DNA from: a virus
Taxonomy: Duplodnaviria > Caudoviricetes
Virus record (IMG/VR): IMGVR_UViG_3300017700_000830
Coordinates: 1 to 39,564 of that record
DNA: 39,564 bases
Reading direction: 5' to 3' (one strand)
Part shown: piece by piece, positions 9,322 through 18,092 of the stretch
Layout: each line of letters begins with the position of its first letter
Position numbering within the stretch: the first letter of the stretch is position 1
Translations under genes and position numbers: made by a program
The notes under the pieces: generated by a model
Told to the model about the DNA's origin: nothing
Databases searched by the model: none
The model's input: only the letters and a program-made list of their open reading frames with translations

Positions 9322-10154
9322 AAGCAGGATTTTTCGATGACCAAGTTATTCCGGTTATCAAACAAGGTTTCCTCCATGCCCCTGTGGTTCACCCGCCACG
9401 CTGGCAAACAGTCGACGTGTCCAAGATGGATCACATGGCTACACACGAGCTGCTTCATCACAGTTTGCGACTGGACCTGGAAGGCGTCGAGAACCTGAAC
9501 TTCTGGCGGGATGAAATCAAGCCGAACCTGCCATGGGCAGATGATCACTTTGTGATGGAACGAGTCGGAGGCCAGCCGCTGAACCCAGGTGAACAGTGGA
9601 AGCACTGGCCCGGTGCCAAGAACGCGGCCACGCACAAGGCTCAGGGGGCCTTCTCCCACAGCTACGCCGAGCGGTTCTGGCCGAAATATGCCGGCCTGAC
9701 CGAAGGTGGAAAGCTGGACGGGGAGTCCGAGTTCAAAGTCCTGAAGAATGGTCATCACGGAATCCGGTTCGCTTATGGTGATCTGGAAACCCTGGTGACG
9801 GTTCTGGCCCACGAACCCCTGACCCGCCAGGCCTACCTGCCGGTCTGGTTCCCCGAGGATCTGTCAGCGATCCGGGAAGGGCAACGCGTACCCTGTACCC
9901 TGGGGTATCACTTCATCATGAGAAACAACCGGATCGACATTGTCTATCACATTCGCAGCTGTGATTTCATTCGTCACTTCAGGGACGACGTCTACATGGC
10001 GATCAGACTGCTCCTGTGGGTTCTTCAGCAGTGCCGACTGGCGGCCCCGAACCAAGGTTGGTCCGACGTCAGAATGGGAAGCATGCTAATGAACATTGGT
10101 AGCTTCCATATCTTCAGGGCTGACCATAAAATCCTTTTCAAGGTACGGTCATGA
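9318..10154 (+). CDS. Thymidylate synthase superfamily enzyme, dCMP hydroxymethylase-like
   Basis: TRQAY, VPCT catalytic Cys, RSCDFIRHFRDD (Asp at N177 equivalent), GSFHIF. Confidence 0.85.
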   Translation: MKAGFFDDQVIPVIKQGFLHAPVVHPPRWQTVDVSKMDHMATHELLHHSLRLDLEGVENLNFWRDEIKPNLPWADDHFVMERVGGQPLNPGEQWKHWPGAKNAATHKAQGAFSHSYAERFWPKYAGLTEGGKLDGESEFKVLKNGHHGIRFAYGDLETLVTVLAHEPLTRQAYLPVWFPEDLSAIREGQRVPCTLGYHFIMRNNRIDIVYHIRSCDFIRHFRDDVYMAIRLLLWVLQQCRLAAPNQGWSDVRMGSMLMNIGSFHIFRADHKILFKVRS

Positions 10155-11128
10155 AGCCACAGCTGGCAGAGGACGCGATCCTCGATCAAGTCATCTTCCC
10201 CTGTGGGGTTCAGCCCAAGTTCGACGGTGTTCGTGCCGGCATCTACAACCCCGGGGCCGGCCTGACAGGTCGGAGCCTGGATCCTTTCGCCGGGTATGGA
10301 ATCACCGACTACTTCAGTCGCCCCGAATGGACAGGGTTCGACGGGGAGATGGTTCTGGGGGACAACCCCTACAGCACGGACCGTCTCTGTAGCCTGACTT
10401 CAGGGGCCATGGGGAAGTTCAAGGGGATTACCCGGATGGCTGACCTGCATTGGCACCTGTTCGACCTGGTGAACGCTGAGACCGTCAAGCTGCCTTACAT
10501 TGCCAGGTACATGATGCTTCGGGATCGGCTGGCTAAATGGACCCCAGGTGGAAAACGAATTCATATCGTCCCAATGGACTTCGCACAGAACAGGAAGGAG
10601 TTGAACCGGCTGATTCAAAACCACATCGATCTGGGAGCCGAAGGAACCATCATCCGGAACCTGAATGCCTTGCCCAAGGAAGGTCGACCAACCAAGGCGG
10701 GCCAGCAACTATGGCGAGTTAAAACCTGGGTCACCGGAGAGATCCGAGTCGACGAAATCATCGAAGGAGAATCAAATCGCAACGCACCTAAAACCAACAC
10801 GCTGGGCAAAATGGAAAGGAGCAGTGCCAAAGCCGGTAAGGTTCCCAACGGTCAAATTGGTTCCCTCAAGGGACCACTCCTTGAGGACCTCATTCACCCC
10901 CACACCGGAGTATGTCTACTCAAACAGGGGACGATGGTTACAGTAGGCCGCGGGGAGATGGATGCGGACGAAGCTAAGGCCTGGTTCGAGGATCAAACCC
11001 AAATCCTGGGCTGGGCCGCCACCTTCAAATCCATGCCACACGGAATGAAGGATGTTCTCAGGATGCCAACCTTCAAATCCAAACGACTGCCGGCTGACCA
11101 GTCTCGAGTCAAGAGGAGACTGCGATGA
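10151..11128 (+). CDS. ATP-dependent DNA ligase
   Basis: QPKFDGVR (motif I), FDGE, LFD, EGTIIR, RVK, R.P.F. Confidence 0.92.
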   Translation: MKPQLAEDAILDQVIFPCGVQPKFDGVRAGIYNPGAGLTGRSLDPFAGYGITDYFSRPEWTGFDGEMVLGDNPYSTDRLCSLTSGAMGKFKGITRMADLHWHLFDLVNAETVKLPYIARYMMLRDRLAKWTPGGKRIHIVPMDFAQNRKELNRLIQNHIDLGAEGTIIRNLNALPKEGRPTKAGQQLWRVKTWVTGEIRVDEIIEGESNRNAPKTNTLGKMERSSAKAGKVPNGQIGSLKGPLLEDLIHPHTGVCLLKQGTMVTVGRGEMDADEAKAWFEDQTQILGWAATFKSMPHGMKDVLRMPTFKSKRLPADQSRVKRRLR

Positions 11129-11868
11129 TCCGTGAATATATTCTGAACCAGATGAAGCGACATGGCTTCAGGAACAGCCGAATCAAGGGACAGCATCCGG
11201 GTCATACGATCTCAGTCGGTGGCCTCTGTATTGAGTTCAAGCACACCAAGTACATGAACTATCAGCTAGGCGACATCGGGTACACCGATTCCAAGGCCCG
11301 CCAGTTGATTCGGGGTTATCTGGACAAACAGACTTACCTCGACTGGATTGCTGCCCTGAAGAAACAGCAAACCTTTGGGAGCATCGACGCTGACATCATG
11401 ATGTTTCCTGGGGGATCACACGGCCATGAGCGCGGGCCCTGTATCACCGCTATGGGGTTCCGAGACACCCGGGTTGAGATACCTACCCTGACGGTGTTTA
11501 GCCGATCCAGCGAGTTCCCGCACAAGTTCCTGGCTGACCTGTGGCTCCTGACCGGGATCGCGGAATCCATGAACCAGCTTCAGGTCATCACTCCCCGGCC
11601 GATCCAGGTTCGATGGTTCATCTCACTGACCTGGATGGACTGCCGAACCATCAACTATCTTCGGGTCATGAAAAACCCGATCTTTCCGCCCTACTCGAAA
11701 AGCGAAGAATTTGAGTTCAGGACGAACCAGCAGTGGGATACCTACATCGACTCTGACAAGGAGGTTTCGTTTTCAACCCTGCGAAACCTGAAGAAGCTGC
11801 ATCAGGGTGGAAAGAAAGTTTCAACTTTAACGCCTGGCTCTTTGGCCGGGCTGATGGGAGTTCTATGA
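11125..11868 (+). CDS. Divergent thymidylate synthase-fold protein (paralog B)
   Basis: GPCI...FSRSSEFPHKFLADL; shares DI.YT..K.RQL.R.Y.D with paralog A. Confidence 0.65.
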   Translation: MIREYILNQMKRHGFRNSRIKGQHPGHTISVGGLCIEFKHTKYMNYQLGDIGYTDSKARQLIRGYLDKQTYLDWIAALKKQQTFGSIDADIMMFPGGSHGHERGPCITAMGFRDTRVEIPTLTVFSRSSEFPHKFLADLWLLTGIAESMNQLQVITPRPIQVRWFISLTWMDCRTINYLRVMKNPIFPPYSKSEEFEFRTNQQWDTYIDSDKEVSFSTLRNLKKLHQGGKKVSTLTPGSLAGLMGVL

Positions 11869-12317
11869 GAATCAGCCGAGATGACATGCTGATGGAGATC
11901 GCGCTTATTATGGCCCGACGTTCAACCTGTAACCGGCTCCAAGTGGGGGCTGTAGTGGCTCAGGCCGGAAGGATCGTCTCCACTGGCTATGCTGGAGCCC
12001 CCGCAGGCCTGCCGCATTGCTCGTCTGAGACGTGCAACGTGTCTACCCCCTGTACCCGGACCGTGCACGCCGAAGCAGGGGCCATATCGTACGCAGCACG
12101 GGCCGGCATTTCACTTGAGGGAAGCAGCTTATACTGCACGCACTGCCCCTGCCTCGACTGCGCCAAATTAATCATCAATACAGGAATCAAACGTGTCCTC
12201 TACGACCAAGCGTACCGTAAGACGGAAGGCCTCGAGCTCCTCCAATCAGCTGGAATTGAAGTTGGACAGTGGAGTCCAACCGATCTCAGCTTTACCCGGC
12301 CTCGCCCGGGACAGTAA
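11865..12317 (+). CDS. dCMP deaminase family protein
   Basis: RSTC.R.QVGAV, HAE and PCLDC zinc motifs. Confidence 0.92.
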   Translation: MRISRDDMLMEIALIMARRSTCNRLQVGAVVAQAGRIVSTGYAGAPAGLPHCSSETCNVSTPCTRTVHAEAGAISYAARAGISLEGSSLYCTHCPCLDCAKLIINTGIKRVLYDQAYRKTEGLELLQSAGIEVGQWSPTDLSFTRPRPGQ

Positions 12318-14706
12318 CTGCGAACGTTGCTCTAACTGGGAATCAGCCGAGCACGTCTGCATGTGGGGCACAGGCCCGAAGAACGCAAAGATCATGATCA
12401 TCGGGGAAGCCCCCGGTGACCTGGAGGATCGAACCGGACGCCACTTCCAAGGACGAGGTGGCAAGCTGCTTGATCAGCTACTGGAAGCTGCCGGGGTCGA
12501 ACGCAAAGACTGCTACCTGACCAATGTAGTTAAATGCCATCCTCCTGAGGGTCGATCCCCCAGTGCCAAGGAGGTCAGTATCTGCAAAGATTACCTAACC
12601 AGGGAAATCGCTGAAGTCAAACCAGAGTTCATCCTGACCCTGGGTGCCACAGTTCTCAAGGCCCTGACGAAAAAAGCCAAGATCACCGAACTGCATGGCC
12701 AGCCATTCGCGTATATGGGCAGCACTGTGGTTCCGTCCTTCCACCCGAACATGGCCCTCAGGGATCCGACCAGACTCCCGGGTCTTACCAAGGACATCAA
12801 AAAATTCGGCCATCTGTTGGCCGGCAACGTTCCTACCAGTGCAGACATTCACTGGGAAGTCATAACAACCCTGAAGCAGTGGAATACCTTCATCGAGGAG
12901 TATGCTGCTTCTGACGAGCTGGGGGTCGACCTGGAAACCACAGGGCTGGATCCTTACGCCCCCGGAGCCATGGTTAACACCATTCAGGTCTCATTGGATA
13001 ATGACAAAAACTATGCCCTGCCTCTGAACGTCAAAGACAGCCCTTGGAAACATGACCAGAAACAACAGCAGTTCTTCATCGACACGATGGTCGACCTGGC
13101 TGAGGGTAAGGAGGTGGTTGGTCAGAACTTCAAATTCGACAACCGATTTCTCTTCAAGTGTTACGGCCGAAAATTCAAGCTTAAATTCGATGTGATGCTG
13201 GCCCACCATCTGCTGGATGAGAACAGTCCACATGGCCTGAAGGAACTTGCCAGTGAATTCCTGAACGCACCTTCCTACGACGTGCCACTTCGAATCAAGC
13301 TGGGGGACTTCAGGAACCCGACCGAGCGGGAACAATTCTACAAGTACGGCTGCTTCGATCCTCACTACACCAGGAATCTCAAACACATCTTCAAGCCGCA
13401 GCTGCTGAAGCACCCACACCTACGCCGCCTGTACTACAAATTGGTAATGCCCGCGGCCCGAATGTTCGAGAAGATCGAAACCAGTGGCCACTTTATCAAC
13501 CTGACTCGTCAGGCGGAGGTCGAGAAAGAACTGACCCTGAAGAAAAACAAAATCCTGACCGAAATGAATAAGCTGGTGGGCAGAACCTTCAGTGGGAACA
13601 CCGTCAACTGGAATTCACCCAAACAGATCGGAAAACTGTTTTATCAACACCTCAAACTTCCAATCCTAGAAAAGACTAGCACAGGAGCCGCAAGCACCGG
13701 GGAGTCGGTACTGCTCAGACTGCAACACGAACACCCTTTACCGAAGCTCCTGATGGATTTTAGGGGCATCGACAAGAACCTGAGTACATACGTTGTCGGT
13801 TGGAAGGAACTGATGCACGGCAATGAACTGTTCATGTCCACAAAGCTGCATGGAACGGTTACCGGCCGTTTCGCCAGTCGTCTGCATCAGGTTCCCCGAG
13901 ACCCGATGATTCGAAGCCTGATCGATGCTCCGCCGGGATGGTCTTTCGTCTGCGCCGATTATTCTCAGATTGAACTGCGAATCGCCGCCATGCTTTCGAA
14001 CGACGTTCGCATGAAACAGATTTTCCAAACAGGTGGGGATATTCACTCCGCAACTGCCTCGTTTATTCTAGGCAAGCCTGTTCATCTGTTGACCAAGGAA
14101 GAACGGAAGATGGCCAAGGCGGTGAACTTTGGCTTGCTGTACGGAATGGGTTGGCCGAAACTGATTATTTACGCACGTGATAATTACGGAGTCGACATGT
14201 CTGCCAAGGAAGCCCAGGCATTCCGGGTCAGGTACTTCGAGACTTATTCGGCCCTCCCCGTGTGGCACGAACGGCAAAGGCGCTGCGTCAGGGCATTCGG
14301 AGAGGTTTCCTCCCTGTCAGGACGCGTACGCCACCTGCCAGGCATCAACAGCAGCGAGAAGGGCGTCAGGGCTGAAGCGGAACGTCAGGGCATCAATAGC
14401 CCGGTTCAGGGCTTCGGATCTGGGGACATGAAAGCCATGGCAATGGTTGAAATCCATGATGAATTCAGCTGGGACCATGTTCGAATCAAGGGGGAGGTTC
14501 ACGATTCCATTCTCATGTGGGTCAGAACCTCCAGGCTCAAGCGAACCCTGCCACAAATCAAAACTATAATGGAAGGCCCAGCACTACTGGAAGACTTCAA
14601 AATCAACATGACGGTTCCCCTGGTAGCTGACTTCGAAGTAGGCCCCTGGGGCAACGGCAAAGTAGTTCTTTTCGATGACGGCAAATTCGCCGGGTTCAAG
14701 GAGTAA
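12193..14706 (+). CDS. Family A DNA polymerase with N-terminal family-4 uracil-DNA glycosylase-like domain and 3'-5' exonuclease
   Basis: CERC, GEAPG..ED, TNVVKC.P, FHP (UDG); DLETTG, N.KFD, Y...D (exo); DYSQIELR, R...K..NFG..YG, VHD (pol motifs A/B/C). Start codon less certain. Confidence 0.93.
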   Translation: MSSTTKRTVRRKASSSSNQLELKLDSGVQPISALPGLARDSNCERCSNWESAEHVCMWGTGPKNAKIMIIGEAPGDLEDRTGRHFQGRGGKLLDQLLEAAGVERKDCYLTNVVKCHPPEGRSPSAKEVSICKDYLTREIAEVKPEFILTLGATVLKALTKKAKITELHGQPFAYMGSTVVPSFHPNMALRDPTRLPGLTKDIKKFGHLLAGNVPTSADIHWEVITTLKQWNTFIEEYAASDELGVDLETTGLDPYAPGAMVNTIQVSLDNDKNYALPLNVKDSPWKHDQKQQQFFIDTMVDLAEGKEVVGQNFKFDNRFLFKCYGRKFKLKFDVMLAHHLLDENSPHGLKELASEFLNAPSYDVPLRIKLGDFRNPTEREQFYKYGCFDPHYTRNLKHIFKPQLLKHPHLRRLYYKLVMPAARMFEKIETSGHFINLTRQAEVEKELTLKKNKILTEMNKLVGRTFSGNTVNWNSPKQIGKLFYQHLKLPILEKTSTGAASTGESVLLRLQHEHPLPKLLMDFRGIDKNLSTYVVGWKELMHGNELFMSTKLHGTVTGRFASRLHQVPRDPMIRSLIDAPPGWSFVCADYSQIELRIAAMLSNDVRMKQIFQTGGDIHSATASFILGKPVHLLTKEERKMAKAVNFGLLYGMGWPKLIIYARDNYGVDMSAKEAQAFRVRYFETYSALPVWHERQRRCVRAFGEVSSLSGRVRHLPGINSSEKGVRAEAERQGINSPVQGFGSGDMKAMAMVEIHDEFSWDHVRIKGEVHDSILMWVRTSRLKRTLPQIKTIMEGPALLEDFKINMTVPLVADFEVGPWGNGKVVLFDDGKFAGFKE

Positions 14707-14710
14707 ATCG

Positions 14711-15853
14711 ATGGCAAAGAAAACCGCTCTGAAGTTGGTGGTCAATAACCAACCCAAAGCCCCGGCGATTATCAAGCGGGACAAGGTTCGAATTTTCTGG
14801 GAGGAGGTTCTACAGATCTCGCACTCCCGCCTGAAAGTGTGGAGACGCTGCCAGATGCAGCATCACTACCGCTACTACCAGGGTCTAAGAAAAGTTCGTC
14901 AGGCAACCCCCCTGTTCATTGGTACTGGAGTTCATTCGATGTTGGAAGCTCACCAGCTTCGTGGGAACTGGGCACCTGAAATGGCTGCCTTCAAAAAGGA
15001 ATTCGGAAAGATGTTCAAGGAGGAACGAGAACTTCTGGGGGATCTGCCAACGATGATCGAGGGAATCATTCAGGGCTATGTCGATAAGTACGAACAGGAT
15101 GGATTGATTTATGTTCCCCGCCATCGGGGCCTGATCGCTGAAATCCCGGTCCGTGTGGACCTCGACTCGCGAACCAGGATGATCGGGTTCATTGACAAGT
15201 TTCCACAGGATCAGGAAGGCCGGAACTGGGTCATGGATCACAAGACCTGTAAATCAATCCCAGATGAAGAAGCTCGCTACGCTGACCTCCAGCTCCTGAT
15301 GTACGTCTGGCTTCTCCCGCAGCTGGGTTATCCGAAGCCTGACGGTGTTATCTGGGACTACATCAGGAAGAAGCCACCCACGGTGCCTGAACCGCTGAAG
15401 TCCGGGGTCATCAGCATGGCAGCAAAAATCGACACCACCCCGAAGATTTATATGGAAGCTGTGATGAAGCTTCCCAAGGAAAAACGTACCCCGGCCGCAA
15501 TGGCTGAGTACACGGCATTCGCAAAGACCCTGACGGGTAAGGAGGAAAGGTTTTACCGGCGCATCTACCTGCCCAGTCCCTCGGATCGAATGGTCATGAA
15601 CGTCGTCAAGGATGTTTTGGCCAGCGCTGAAGAGATCAGGGCAATGGGTCCAACGGCCATGGTCAGGAACATGACCCGCGATTGCAAGCAGTGCTCGTAC
15701 TATTCAATCTGTCAAGCGGAAGTACGCGGCCTCGATAGTGATTTCATCCGCAAGACAGAATACACAGTGAAGGAAAAAATCGATGCTCAAGAAGAAAATC
15801 AGGCCGGACTCGCCGCCGGAGACGGTGAAGAAGACAATGGCGGGGCCGAATAA
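14711..15853 (+). CDS. PD-(D/E)xK exonuclease (Cas4/AddB-like) with 4 Cys
   Basis: SHSRL...RRC, G.ID, DHKT, Q...Y, CKQCSYYSIC; ATG 14711 follows AAGGAG. Confidence 0.87.
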   Translation: MAKKTALKLVVNNQPKAPAIIKRDKVRIFWEEVLQISHSRLKVWRRCQMQHHYRYYQGLRKVRQATPLFIGTGVHSMLEAHQLRGNWAPEMAAFKKEFGKMFKEERELLGDLPTMIEGIIQGYVDKYEQDGLIYVPRHRGLIAEIPVRVDLDSRTRMIGFIDKFPQDQEGRNWVMDHKTCKSIPDEEARYADLQLLMYVWLLPQLGYPKPDGVIWDYIRKKPPTVPEPLKSGVISMAAKIDTTPKIYMEAVMKLPKEKRTPAAMAEYTAFAKTLTGKEERFYRRIYLPSPSDRMVMNVVKDVLASAEEIRAMGPTAMVRNMTRDCKQCSYYSICQAEVRGLDSDFIRKTEYTVKEKIDAQEENQAGLAAGDGEEDNGGAE

Positions 15854-16673
15854 TTCCAAGTTCGCTTCGGTACTGGCTCAGATCAAACCCGTGACGTCCC
15901 TGGGCCTCGTTCTGGCTGCCCTGTTCTACGGAAAAGCGGGGACTGGTAAAACCACCATCGCGGCTACGTTTCCCAAGCCGCTGCTGCATTTGGACATCCG
16001 CGAGAAAGGCACGGATTCTATCTCTGACTTGAAGGACGTGGACACCCTGTCCATCGAAAGCTGGGACGCCTTCGAACAAATCTACTGGTACTTGGTTTCC
16101 AAAGAGAACAAGTACAAAACCGTTGTCATCGACGCGGTTTCACAACTTCAGGATTTCGCCCTTCTGGCGGCCCTGGAGGAAAACGGCAAGGATGAAAGTG
16201 CCCCGATCTCCAAGCGAGATTTTGGTGTCGCAGCCGGCCGTCTAAAAACCTGGATCGTGAACTATCGCGATTTAGTGGATCAGGGCATCAACGTCGTCTT
16301 CCTGGCCCATGACCGGTCCACAGATACCGAGGACGGTGAAGATGGTGAACTGACTCCGTCTATTGGCCCAAGGATGATGCCTTCTGTGGCAAGTGTCCTG
16401 ACAGCGGCCGTCAAGATCATTGGTAACACCTTTATCAAGGAGTCCATTGAGAAACTGTCAGTCGGCAAGGTCAAGCGAACCGTCACTTACTGCATGCGGG
16501 TAGGACCGCACGCGTACTACACGACCAAGGTTCGCCAGCCGAAGGGCAGCTTCACCCCTGACGTTCTCGAGGATCCAGACTATAATGATCTGGTCCTCTT
16601 GATGAAAGGGGAAATTAAACCCCCGGCCGAAAAGCCGGTTCCTGTAACCAAGAAACTTTTGAAAAGGAAATAA
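15783..16673 (+). CDS. Sak4-like AAA ATPase / ssDNA annealing protein
   Basis: YGKAGTGKTT, VVIDAVS, FLAH; lies between exonuclease and SSB-like gene. Confidence 0.85.
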   Translation: MLKKKIRPDSPPETVKKTMAGPNNSKFASVLAQIKPVTSLGLVLAALFYGKAGTGKTTIAATFPKPLLHLDIREKGTDSISDLKDVDTLSIESWDAFEQIYWYLVSKENKYKTVVIDAVSQLQDFALLAALEENGKDESAPISKRDFGVAAGRLKTWIVNYRDLVDQGINVVFLAHDRSTDTEDGEDGELTPSIGPRMMPSVASVLTAAVKIIGNTFIKESIEKLSVGKVKRTVTYCMRVGPHAYYTTKVRQPKGSFTPDVLEDPDYNDLVLLMKGEIKPPAEKPVPVTKKLLKRK

Positions 16674-16676
16674 ACC

Positions 16677-17435
16677 ATGGCTACTGCCAAACGTCCAGCC
16701 CGCGGCAACAAGAAACCCGCAGGCATCAAGGTTGACTTCAGCGACACCGAATCACAAGGCGTCATCGACGAAGGCGATGTCGGCCTCGAAGTCGTCGAAG
16801 TCGAACAGAAGACCAGTGACAACTCCGGCGGCGAATACCTGGCTCTCGAGTTCAAAATCATCGGTGGCCTGGATGACCAGTTCAATGGCCGCAAGGTTTA
16901 CCACAACTGCTCGCTCCAGCCCCAGGCCCTGTTCAACCTCCGCGGCGTCCTTGAAGCACTGGGCTTCGAAGTGCCACAGGGCGTGATGGACCTCGACCCG
17001 GCTGACATGATCGGCGAAACCTGCGGTGCTTCACTGGCCCACGAAGTCTATCAGGGCAAGACCAAGGCCCGCCCTGTCGAATTCTTCCCGATCGAAGAAC
17101 TCGAATCCCGTGGTGAAGAACCTGCTGCTCCTGCAGCATCTACCAAGGTGGTCAAGAAGGGCGCTACCAAGCCCGCAGCTGAACCGGAAGCACCGGCTGC
17201 CACTGGCCCCAAGAAGAAGGTTAAGAAAACCCCCGAGCCTGAACCTGATGCCGACGAAATCGAAGTTGGCGATGCGGTGACTTTCACCGACGAAGAAGGC
17301 GCCGAGCAAGAAGGTGAAGTGACCGAGATCGAGGGCGACGAGTACACCGTCGCGGTGACGACCGGCAAGGGCAAATCCAAGAAGACCGAAGAATGGGCAT
17401 TGGCCCTCGACGATCTGACCAAGGTGGTTGAATAA
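16677..17435 (+). CDS. DUF669-like putative single-stranded DNA-binding protein
   Basis: YLALEF...GRKVY...QPQALFNL...ALG; Lys/Pro/Ala linker and acidic C-terminal domain; context after Sak4. Confidence 0.75.
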   Translation: MATAKRPARGNKKPAGIKVDFSDTESQGVIDEGDVGLEVVEVEQKTSDNSGGEYLALEFKIIGGLDDQFNGRKVYHNCSLQPQALFNLRGVLEALGFEVPQGVMDLDPADMIGETCGASLAHEVYQGKTKARPVEFFPIEELESRGEEPAAPAASTKVVKKGATKPAAEPEAPAATGPKKKVKKTPEPEPDADEIEVGDAVTFTDEEGAEQEGEVTEIEGDEYTVAVTTGKGKSKKTEEWALALDDLTKVVE

Positions 17436-17466
17436 CCCGCCGGCCTGATCCCAGGTAAGTAACCTA

Positions 17467-17494
17467 ATCCTCCCACTTCGGTGGGGGGATTTTT
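17467..17494 (+). terminator. Rho-independent terminator
   Basis: ATCCTCCCAC-TTCG-GTGGGGGGAT followed by T run. Confidence 0.85.
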
Positions 17495-17508
17495 AGCAGG
17501 AGAATATC

Positions 17509-17823
17509 ATGGCCACCGGCAAACGACCCGACTTCAATATCGGGGTCAAGGATCCATCCACAGGTAGCACAAACAGCAACGTGGGAGCTGCCTGGAAAAA
17601 TGACGACGGAAGTATCGGGGTCAAGCTGAACCCTGGTGTCTCCCTGACCAGCAATTTGCAGATCCGTCTGTTTCCCCCAACGACCAAGAAAACACTCCCC
17701 CGGCCTGACCTGTTTGCTCAGGCTTCAGCCCCGCCGACTCAGCCCCAACGCTCGGCCCTGTTCCGTCAGCCACCGAGGCCCGCCAGTGGTTTCGATGACA
17801 TGGATGATGACATTCCTTTCTAA
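17509..17823 (+). CDS. Small protein with SSB-type C-terminal tail
   Basis: VGAAWKN..G.I.V.L core, Pro/Gln linker, ends DDMDDDIPF; AGGAG RBS. Confidence 0.75.
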   Translation: MATGKRPDFNIGVKDPSTGSTNSNVGAAWKNDDGSIGVKLNPGVSLTSNLQIRLFPPTTKKTLPRPDLFAQASAPPTQPQRSALFRQPPRPASGFDDMDDDIPF

Positions 17824-17885
17824 GGGAAATAAAAACATTTGAGAAAGTTCTGCAGCTGTAACTAAATTTAGCTTAAGATTTGATC

Positions 17886-18044
17886 ATGCCTAATATTTAC
17901 ACCAAGCAAGATTTTCTCAACGGAGTGGGAGTTCGGGAGTGGGACGAAAACTACTCCGAGTTTCTCATTCAAAAGTTCTTCAGCACAAAACCGGAACCCG
18001 TGCTTGAACTTGTCCCGATCGAATTTAAGAACACGTCAGTGTAG
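17886..18044 (+). CDS. Possible small hypothetical protein (52 aa)
   Basis: Read manually (MPNIYTKQDFLNG...); no RBS, TAAGAT lies 6 nt upstream so it may be leaderless. Confidence 0.35.
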   Translation: MPNIYTKQDFLNGVGVREWDENYSEFLIQKFFSTKPEPVLELVPIEFKNTSV

Positions 18045-18092
18045 GCATCGAGTACCACCTTAACGGACTCACATTATCAACAGGAGTATTTC

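Noticed and set aside
9318-10154. Calling this gene thyA
   Set aside because: Asp rather than Asn at the specificity position, divergent N-terminus, and ThyX already present.
14711-15853. Cas4 as part of a CRISPR-Cas system
   Set aside because: No other cas genes or array; context is the usual exonuclease-Sak4-SSB recombination module.
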